20,540 nt of DNA, from positions 1 through 20,540 of the forward strand of contig JAXMOL010000078.1 of the NCBI GenBank assembly GCA_034669905.1, written 5' to 3'. The stretch's first letter is position 1; every line of letters begins with the position of its first letter. This document shows, one piece after another, positions 1 to 6,989 of this stretch. The position numbers were made by a program, and so were the translations under genes. This DNA comes from Candidatus Hydrogenedentota bacterium (GTDB taxonomy: Bacteria > Hydrogenedentota > Hydrogenedentia > Hydrogenedentales > JAEUWI01). The notes below the pieces were generated by a model. It saw only the letters and a program-made list of their open reading frames with translations, did no database searches and had not been told where the DNA came from.

Positions 1-616
1 GACAGCCACGGCCGTCAGCGTTTTCGCTCGTGGACACGATTCATTCTGCTGGGCTTCGCGCGCCCGCTCGTACCCCCACCACGAAGCGCGGCAGTCCCTA
101 CGCGGTCAGCCACAGCCGTCTGCATCTTCGCTTGTGGTGGTGGTCCCGCTGCTGGCCTTCGCGCGCCCGCTCGTACCCCCACCACGAAGCGCGGCTTACG
201 TAGGGACTGCCTCACCCGATGGCCTGGGAACGAAGTCATGTCGTCTATGCGAAAACGATGCGTGTTGGCTTGGGTGGAAGCCGTTGACCGGTGTGGCTGT
301 CCTGTCGTTGGGGCAGTAGACTTCTGAGCTATCCGGATACACGGGGTGTGGGGTTGGACGCCTTCCGCCCCATTTCCCTTGTTGGCGCGTCGTGAACTTC
401 ACCAACGACAGGACAGCCACGGCCGTCAGCGTTTTCGCTCGTGGACACGATTCATTCTGCTGGGCTTCGCGCGCCCGCTCGTACCGCCATCACGAAGCGC
501 GGCAGTCCCTACGCGGTCAGCCACGGCCGTCTGCATCTTTGCTTGTGGTGGTGGTCCCGCTGCTGGCCTTCGATTTCCTACTCGTACCGACATCATGGAG
601 CGCGGCGGTCACTACG
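1..616. repeat. Cluster of five copies of a ~112-nt non-coding element (REP/REPIN/MITE-like): <1-102(-), 107-198(-, degenerate), 199-311(+), 402-513(-), 518-616(-, degenerate)
   Basis: 1-161 recurs at 412-572 with 4 mismatches (period 411). Perfect 19-bp inverted pair GTGGCTGTCCTGTCGTTGG (293-311) / CCAACGACAGGACAGCCAC (402-420). Perfect 13-bp inverted matches GGCAGTCCCTACG (90-102, 501-513) / CGTAGGGACTGCC (199-211). No convincing CDS. Confidence 0.9.
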
Positions 617-775
617 CAGGGACGGTATCGCGCCAAATTGATTTTGCTGGCCTTGGAAAACTCCGGGTGATAGGGGTGTCTACGATAACCAAGTTTCACG
701 CAAAGGCGCGTTCCTGTCCCGGTGGGCTTTGTGACGCCGACTTGGAATCACAATGTGCAGCCCGTTCCAGCCCCC

Positions 776-2002
776 CTAAAACAACGCCCGCACCTTGATG
801 CTCTCGGGCAACTCGGACAGCTGGGCGATCATCTCTCGCGTGGCGCTCTTGTCGGTGTCCATGATCAGGTAGCCCACGTCTTCGTAGGTGCGCAGGTACT
901 GGCCGGCCACGTTGATACCCGATTCGCCAAAGAGGGTGTTGACCTTCTGCAGGACACCCGGCACGTTTTTGTGGATGTGGAGGATGCGGTGGTGGTCCCG
1001 CATGGTGGGGAGGACTTCGTTGGGGAAGTTCACGGCACCATCGGTGCAGCCGTTGTTGGTGAAGCGGATGAGTTTGCCGGAGACTTCCAGCCCGATGTTG
1101 CGCTGGGCTTCTTCGGTGGCGCCGCCAATGTGGGGGGTGAGGATGACGTTGTCCCGGCCCTGGAGGGGCGACTTAAATTTTTCGTCCTTCGACTTGGGCT
1201 CTACGGGGAACACGTCGATCGCGGCACCGGCCAGGCGGTTTTCATCCAGGGCGACGGCCAGGGCGTCGATATCGACCACACTGCCGCGGCTGGCGTTGAG
1301 CAGGAAAGACCCCTCTTTCATCCAGCTGATCTGTTTTTCGCCTATCATGCCCACCGTATCGGGGGTGCCCGGCACGTGGAGGGTCACCACATCGGAGCGC
1401 TCCATGAGATCGCGCATGTCGATGACCCGCGTGGCGTTACCCATACTCAGCTTGTCCATCACGTCGTAATAGAGGACGCGCATGCCAAAGGCTTCCGCGA
1501 GGACAGAGACCTGCTGCCCAATGTGGCCGTAGCCGATGATACCCAGGGTCTTGCCCCGTACTTCGGTGCTGCCTGCGGTGGTCTTGTTCCATTCGCCGCC
1601 GTGGGCGTCTTTCACCTTGCCATAGAGCCCACGGAAGAGCATGCCGATGTAGGTCATGACGAGTTCGGCGACGGATCGCGTGTTGGAGTAGGGCGCGTTG
1701 AAGACCGGAATCCCCCGGTGCTTGGCCGTGTCCAGATCCATCTGGTTGGTGCCGATGCAGAAGGCACCGAGGGTGAGCAGGCGGTTGGCCTTTTCGAGGA
1801 CGGCCCCGGTGACCTGGGTCTTGGAGCGAATCCCGAGGATATGGACGTCTTCAATGAGTTCGAGCAGTTCTTTTTCATCCAACGCCCCGGGCCGGGCATC
1901 CACGTCGAAGCCTTCTTCTTCGAAGCGCTTCACGCTCTGGGGGTGGACCCCTTCGAGAAGGAGAACTTTGATTTTGCTCTTGGGAAAGGAGGTGGTTGTC
2001 AT
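776..2002 (-). CDS. serA: D-3-phosphoglycerate dehydrogenase, E. coli-like type with C-terminal ACT domain (408 aa)
   Basis: Motifs GIRSKT, FCIGTNQ, NAPYSNTRSVAEL, GYGHIG (NAD binding), NASRG, DVFPVEP, TPHIGGATEEAQ and ACT domain HIHKNVPGVL...INVAGQYL. Start moved from the ORF-track 2080 to ATG 2002 (MTTTSFPKSKIKVLLLEG), which matches the usual SerA N-terminus and length. Confidence 0.96.
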   Translation of the reverse strand: MTTTSFPKSKIKVLLLEGVHPQSVKRFEEEGFDVDARPGALDEKELLELIEDVHILGIRSKTQVTGAVLEKANRLLTLGAFCIGTNQMDLDTAKHRGIPVFNAPYSNTRSVAELVMTYIGMLFRGLYGKVKDAHGGEWNKTTAGSTEVRGKTLGIIGYGHIGQQVSVLAEAFGMRVLYYDVMDKLSMGNATRVIDMRDLMERSDVVTLHVPGTPDTVGMIGEKQISWMKEGSFLLNASRGSVVDIDALAVALDENRLAGAAIDVFPVEPKSKDEKFKSPLQGRDNVILTPHIGGATEEAQRNIGLEVSGKLIRFTNNGCTDGAVNFPNEVLPTMRDHHRILHIHKNVPGVLQKVNTLFGESGINVAGQYLRTYEDVGYLIMDTDKSATREMIAQLSELPESIKVRALF

Positions 2003-2050
2003 GATAGGACCTGCCAGGGTTGGTGGGTAGGGGTGCTCAGGGAAAGGGGA

Positions 2051-2080
2051 ATTATACCGAAGAGCGGGGGGGCTCCCCAA
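2051..2080 (-). promoter_or_regulatory. Putative sigma70-type promoter for serA
   Basis: Perfect TATAAT on the minus strand at 2056-2051, weak -35 TTGGGG at 2080-2075 (18-nt spacer), about 50 nt upstream of the ATG. Confidence 0.5.
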
Positions 2081-2147
2081 GGTTTAATCCCCCGAGGGGC
2101 TTCGAATCGCATTGCATCCTTCCGGGGTCAGTCCGTAAGGTAGGGGC

Positions 2148-4820
2148 ATGAACACCCGCGCGCAGCGATTTACAGCTTGGCTACTGGTGCTCCTGGCGGG
2201 CGTCGGGGGCGCCGACATGGCCGTTGCCCAGCGTCTGCTGGTCGTCAGTGAAGCGCGCAATCTGGTGGGGGAGGGGACCCGTCTCCAGCTGCAGAGCGTT
2301 GATCTGGGCCTGGAATCGGTCCAACCCGGTCCCCTCACCCTTGCGGGTACCCAGCTGAGCGCTAGCCCCCTCCGCGATCGGCAGGATCAGGGGCTACTCG
2401 TGGGCACCGGCGGACCCTGGCTTGGTGGGGCAGGTTCCCAGCATCCGCCCCAATCGACGTTGGCCGGTTTCCGTGCAGCCCCTTTCGCGCCCTGGCCTGG
2501 TGCCGCGCCCCTTTCCCGGTTAGCGGGCTGGGAATGGCCCGTCGAGGTGGCGGAGGATCAGCGCACCCTCAGCAATGTGCTCGTCAGCGCACGGGTGGTG
2601 GGGGAAGACGGTGGGACCGCCTCCGGGGCAATCGTCACCCGACCCTGGCCGCCGGAAGGCCTGGAAGGGCGGGTGCAGGCCACCGGTGGGCTCCATTCCC
2701 TGCCGGTCGCGCCCCGCTATGTGCTGCCCGTTGCCACCATGAAGTATGTCGTCGTGGGGGAGGCCTCCCGTGACCGTGTCGTCTCCTTGCTGGCGGTTGA
2801 TCTGGACCGCGGCGTGGTCGATACCCCGGTGCCCTTCTTGCAGGAAGCCCACGAAACCGATGGGGCCGCATTGCGCGGCGCGGTGGCCGACCCGGGGCGG
2901 GGCGTACTCTGGCTCCTCTTTTCGGCCCTGACCCTGGATGAGGCCGGGGTGACGCCCACCTCGTGGCTCTATGCCATCGATACTGTGACGCTCCAGGCCC
3001 AGGGAGAACCGGTGACGTTCCGGGGGGTCGGAGCGGTGGACCCGAACCCCCTGCGTCTCGATGCACGGGGCCATTGCTGGATAGGAACCCGGGAACCGGG
3101 CACAGACTTTGGCCGCATTGTAAAGGTAAGCCCTCCGGACATGGATACATCGCCAGAGATTGCCGGGCAGTGGTCTCGCGTGGGTATCAACGAATCGATT
3201 CGGATCGTTCCCGACCCCTCAGGGGAAGGCGTGTTGGTGGCCGAAGACGGACGGCTGAGCTATTGGCCTGATGGGGTATCTGGAGCGGGGGCATACGCCT
3301 TCTCCGCGGCCGTGATGGCCGTGCAATGGGTAGATGGGGGTGCCGTGGTGGCCGAAGGGAACCGGGTGCACCGGATTTCCCTGCCCGAGTGTGCGCCCGA
3401 AGTGACCGTGTCCCTCCAATCGGGGTGGGCGGTAGACCTGGTGGTCGTGCCCGCCGAAGCCCTCCCCGCGCCGGATAGTGATGGCGACGGGGTCATCGAT
3501 GCCGAAGAGCGGCGGCGACAGACCGAGCCCGACAATCCGGATACGGACGGCGATGGCACGCCCGACGGCCGCGATCCCCATCCCAAGGCGCCGTCACCCC
3601 GACTCGAAGTGCCCACGGAAATCGTGTTTCCCTATGTAACTGTTGGCCGACAACTGCGGGCTCTGCCGATTCAGAGCCACAACGATCCCGATGCCCGCTG
3701 GCAAATCGACTTTGATCAGGCGGCCCTGCCCTGGCTGCAGGTCCATCCCCGGGCATTTCGAGGCTCAGGCTACGCCTACATGGGGGTCGACCCCGAGCGC
3801 TTTGACCCCGACGGGGTCGTTTCCGGCCCGGTTACCATCACCCTGACCGGGAAGCGCAAAGGGAACCGCCCCGGTTATCAGGCAGCGGGCAGCCCGGCTA
3901 CGGTTCAGGTGCGGGTAGCCCCGCCACGGGATCCCCTGCCCACCATCCTCTGGTGTTGGCCGGAATCTCAGCAAGACAGGGGAGGTGACCCGGATCTCAC
4001 AACCCTGCGCCGCCAACTGGCCAACGCGCCCTACTACTTTTCCCATGTGAACCGCTTTGGCCCCGTGTCGGAGTCCCTGGCCCCCTATTCCATTATCATC
4101 CTTGGGGCGGCGGCCGCCGCCGAAGGCACCCTGACCCAGAAGGCCCTCCTGGACTATCTCAACGAGGGCGGCGCCGTCCTTTTTCTGGGGGCCCACCTGG
4201 AAGGGGAACACTACCGGGACCTGTCCGCCTGGTTTCGCCCTCTCGATATCGGGGTGGATATGGAGACCGTGGTTGATTCCCGCTTCCGGGCCACGCCGCC
4301 CGAGGGTATCCTGCGGCACTGGCTGAACTTTTCCCTGAAAGAGGGCTGCCTCTTCATCGACCGGCGTCTCGCCACCGATACGGTGCGTATTGCCTATGAC
4401 GCGCCCGAGCAGGTGGTCTTTGAGGCCCGCCCCCATGGTTATGGGCGGATTGTGCTCATGGCCTCCGCATCTCCCCTGTCCAATTCGGCCCTGGTCGCCG
4501 CGCCGAACCGGAGCTTTTCCCTGGACCTGTTTTACTGGCTCAGTCGTGCGGGCTATGCGGTGAACGACCGGGATGGGGATGGGATTCCCGATGCGGTGGA
4601 AGACCGGAACGGCAATGGTGTGGTGGATGGGGCCAACCAGCCAACCGGCGAAACCAGCTTGCTTGATCGGGACTCCGATGATGATGGGATTCCCGATGGA
4701 CAGGAGGATGTGAACCGCAATGGCGTGGTGGATGGGGGCGAAACAAACCCCCGGCTGTGGGACACAGATGGCGACGGGGTGGCGGATGGGGCCGATGGGA
4801 ATCCGCTGGGGAGCGGATAA
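2148..4820 (+). CDS. Secreted multi-domain protein (890 aa): uncharacterised beta-rich N-terminal region, DxDGDG Ca-binding (TSP3-like) repeats, BACON-like Ig domain, DUF4350/GldG-like alpha/beta domain, C-terminal Ca-binding repeats
   Basis: Signal peptide MNTRAQRFTAWLLVLLAGVGGADMAVA. DSDGDG...DTDGDG at ~3474-3590. LPWLQVHP...GSPATVQVRV at ~3600-3920. LLDYLNEGGAVLFLG...GYGRIVL...LFYWLS at ~3930-4555. DRDGDGIPDAVEDRNGNGVVD..GET-type units at 4566-4817. Confidence 0.8.
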   Translation: MNTRAQRFTAWLLVLLAGVGGADMAVAQRLLVVSEARNLVGEGTRLQLQSVDLGLESVQPGPLTLAGTQLSASPLRDRQDQGLLVGTGGPWLGGAGSQHPPQSTLAGFRAAPFAPWPGAAPLSRLAGWEWPVEVAEDQRTLSNVLVSARVVGEDGGTASGAIVTRPWPPEGLEGRVQATGGLHSLPVAPRYVLPVATMKYVVVGEASRDRVVSLLAVDLDRGVVDTPVPFLQEAHETDGAALRGAVADPGRGVLWLLFSALTLDEAGVTPTSWLYAIDTVTLQAQGEPVTFRGVGAVDPNPLRLDARGHCWIGTREPGTDFGRIVKVSPPDMDTSPEIAGQWSRVGINESIRIVPDPSGEGVLVAEDGRLSYWPDGVSGAGAYAFSAAVMAVQWVDGGAVVAEGNRVHRISLPECAPEVTVSLQSGWAVDLVVVPAEALPAPDSDGDGVIDAEERRRQTEPDNPDTDGDGTPDGRDPHPKAPSPRLEVPTEIVFPYVTVGRQLRALPIQSHNDPDARWQIDFDQAALPWLQVHPRAFRGSGYAYMGVDPERFDPDGVVSGPVTITLTGKRKGNRPGYQAAGSPATVQVRVAPPRDPLPTILWCWPESQQDRGGDPDLTTLRRQLANAPYYFSHVNRFGPVSESLAPYSIIILGAAAAAEGTLTQKALLDYLNEGGAVLFLGAHLEGEHYRDLSAWFRPLDIGVDMETVVDSRFRATPPEGILRHWLNFSLKEGCLFIDRRLATDTVRIAYDAPEQVVFEARPHGYGRIVLMASASPLSNSALVAAPNRSFSLDLFYWLSRAGYAVNDRDGDGIPDAVEDRNGNGVVDGANQPTGETSLLDRDSDDDGIPDGQEDVNRNGVVDGGETNPRLWDTDGDGVADGADGNPLGSG

Positions 4821-4821
4821 C

Positions 4822-4850
4822 TTGGTTTCACCCGGGAATCATGCTATAAG
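4822..4850 (+). promoter_or_regulatory. Possible promoter for the HD-GYP gene
   Basis: TTGGTT (4822-4827), 17 nt, TATAAG (4845-4850) with an extended -10 TG at 4842-4843. Confidence 0.35.
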
Positions 4851-4912
4851 ACTAGAGGAATCCAACGTGGTCGGATTTCGGGAAACCCACATTGGGCGGG
4901 AGTTTGGACAAC

Positions 4913-6670
4913 ATGAGAAAAGAACGGTTGATCGTATTGGGTGGGCCCCTTCAGGGGAAGTCGTTTGACATAGACAAATCGCTGTCAATCGGCAGAAACC
5001 CCGAAAACGATCTGCAGTTGGAAGATCTCCAGATTTCCCGTCAACACGCCGTCATTGAACAGGGGGAGCATGCCACCCTTGTGCGCGACCTCGGCAGTGG
5101 CAACGGCACCTTCGTGGATGAGCGCCGCATTCTCGAGTACAAGCTTTCCGATGGCGATGTCATTCAAATGGGTACCCAGTCCCTCCGTTTCGTGGTCGAT
5201 AGTATCGGTGCGGGGGATGAGCAGGCCGCCGCCCAGGCAGAAGTGGACAAGGGCAGCGGAGGCGTACATTTTGATGATGGGCCCGGGGGCCACGTGGAGG
5301 CCGAAAAGGCTTCCAACGTTTTCGAGACCTTCTTCCAGGCACCGAGCCAGGCGGGAAAGAGTGCCGAGCTCAATGAATTGCAGCAACGGCTCCGGGCGGT
5401 CTACAACGCCAATCAGATCATCACCAGTGAGCGCGATCTCAATAAGCTCTTTGAGCGGGTGATGGAAGAGATCTTTCAGCTCATCCCCGCCCACAACGGG
5501 GCGATCCTGCTGCACGACCCGGAAACCGACAAGTTGGGTATCGAGTATTTCCGTCCCGGGGAAGAGGGGCAGGAAATTACCATCAGCACCTCCATCGTCA
5601 ACCAGGCCTATGAAAATGGCGAGGCTATCCTCACCTTCAACGCCTCCGACGATTCCCGCTTTGAAGCCGGGGCCAGTATTATCGCCCAGAACATCGCCTC
5701 CGCCATGTGCGCGCCCCTCACCTACCAGGATGAGCGGCTCGGCGTGGTCTATGTGGATACCCGTGGTACCACGAACGCCTTTGTTAACGGGGACTTAGAG
5801 CTGTTGGTCGCCCTGGCGGGCCCCGCCGGGGTTGCCATTAAGAACGCCCAGTACGTCCGGCAACTCGAGCGGGCCTATCAAGACACCCTCATCGTCCTCG
5901 CCAATGCCATCGAACTGCGGGACCACTACACCGTGGGCCACACCTGGCGCGTCACCAATTTCACCATCGAAGTGGCTAAAGAACTCGGTTGGGACGAAGA
6001 AAAGCTCAAAGAAGTCCGCATGGGCGGTGTGCTCCATGATGTGGGCAAGATCGCCGTGGACGATGCCATTCTCCGAAAGCCCGACCGGCTGACGGAAGAA
6101 GAGTTTGATAAGATCAAGGTTCACCCCGAGAAGGGCGCCCAGCTCCTGGCCGACGTGGACTTTCTCGAGCCCCTCATTCCCTATTGCCTCTATCACCACG
6201 AGCGCTACGACGGGAAGGGCTATCCCCATGGCTTAAAAGGGGAGGATATCCCCATCGAGGGACGCGCCGTCGCGGTGGGCGACACCTTCGACGCCATCAC
6301 CAGCAACCGGCCCTATCGCAAGGGCCTGGACCCCGAAAAGGCCATCCAGATTATTGAAGAGGGAAAAGGTACCCAATTCGACCCCGAATGTGCCGACGCC
6401 CTCATCCGCTGTTACCGCAACGGCAAGATCGATCGTATCCTTCAGGACTACCACAAGAGCTCCGAGCGGAGCATCGCCTGCCCCTTCTGCAGCACCTTCA
6501 TCCAGCTCGACGAGAGTACCTTTGAAGGGGCCGAAGTCTCCTGCGAGGTATGCCACCGCGCGGTCCAGGTCATGCGCAAGAACGAGGCCTGGTTCGGCGA
6601 ACTCGTCCCGGAAGCCAAACGGACCAGCAGCGTCCGCCTGGATAACCTGGACGAAGGCGACCGCGGCTAA
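4913..6670 (+). CDS. FHA + GAF + HD-GYP cyclic dinucleotide phosphodiesterase with C-terminal CxxC-x17-CxxC zinc ribbon (585 aa)
   Basis: FHA: IGRNPEND..ISRQHA..DLGSGNGTFV. GAF: SAMCAPL..RLGVVYVD..F...DLELL. HD-GYP: DHYTVGH..RV, LHDVGKI, HPEKGA, HHERYDGKGYP, DTFDAITSNRPYRK. CPFC...CEVC at 6479-6553. ATG 4913 preferred to TTG 4892 because GGGAG lies upstream. Confidence 0.93.
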   Translation: MRKERLIVLGGPLQGKSFDIDKSLSIGRNPENDLQLEDLQISRQHAVIEQGEHATLVRDLGSGNGTFVDERRILEYKLSDGDVIQMGTQSLRFVVDSIGAGDEQAAAQAEVDKGSGGVHFDDGPGGHVEAEKASNVFETFFQAPSQAGKSAELNELQQRLRAVYNANQIITSERDLNKLFERVMEEIFQLIPAHNGAILLHDPETDKLGIEYFRPGEEGQEITISTSIVNQAYENGEAILTFNASDDSRFEAGASIIAQNIASAMCAPLTYQDERLGVVYVDTRGTTNAFVNGDLELLVALAGPAGVAIKNAQYVRQLERAYQDTLIVLANAIELRDHYTVGHTWRVTNFTIEVAKELGWDEEKLKEVRMGGVLHDVGKIAVDDAILRKPDRLTEEEFDKIKVHPEKGAQLLADVDFLEPLIPYCLYHHERYDGKGYPHGLKGEDIPIEGRAVAVGDTFDAITSNRPYRKGLDPEKAIQIIEEGKGTQFDPECADALIRCYRNGKIDRILQDYHKSSERSIACPFCSTFIQLDESTFEGAEVSCEVCHRAVQVMRKNEAWFGELVPEAKRTSSVRLDNLDEGDRG

Positions 6671-6822
6671 GGGGCGACCGGGGGCAAATAACCATCCTCA
6701 TTGGCACCCCCATATCCGTGGGTCGTGTTTCAAGTAATTTATTGACAAAAAGGTATTTTCGACTATTTGTTCGGTTGTTATTTGATATGCTTGGTGAATA
6801 ATCCCTAAAAACTATTTTTGGG

Positions 6823-6851
6823 TTGATGTGATGTCAGGGATGGCATACTAT
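6823..6851 (+). promoter_or_regulatory. Putative sigma70 promoter for the large surface protein, inside an AT-rich intergenic region
   Basis: TTGATG (6823-6828), 17 nt, TACTAT (6846-6851). A perfect TTGACA at 6742-6747 with only a weak -10 lies further upstream. Confidence 0.5.
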
Positions 6852-6989
6852 TGACCCGTTGAATCGCCTCTTGGGGGCGATTCGTGTTATCCCCGCTGGA
6901 CGTCAACGTAGCCCGAAATCCGCAACATGGGGTTTGGTGGGCACGTACCTGGTTTACACGTAGTAAGAACGATTAAAAGGAGTACTATT

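Noticed and set aside
1..616. CRISPR array (also considered for 20192-20540)
   Set aside because: The conserved motifs are only 13-19 nt and occur in both orientations. The intervening sequences are ~80 nt and homologous to each other rather than unique spacers. No cas genes are present.
694..734. TCACGCAAAGGCGCG ... CTTTGTGA as a second REP-like repeat or serA terminator
   Set aside because: Single copy, pairing needs a 2-nt bulge, and there is no clear U-tract.
15..798. Short ORFs over the left repeat cluster (and 19801-20355, 20045-20272, 20052-20234 on the right)
   Set aside because: They are translations of repeat or antisense DNA with no recognisable protein motifs.
722..2143. 473-aa plus-strand ORF
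   Set aside because: Antisense shadow of serA, common in GC-rich genes. It has no motifs of its own.
6479..6670. A functional lysW gene
   Set aside because: The ribbon is fused in frame to the phosphodiesterase, lacks a terminal EDWGE, and no lysine or arginine biosynthesis genes are nearby.
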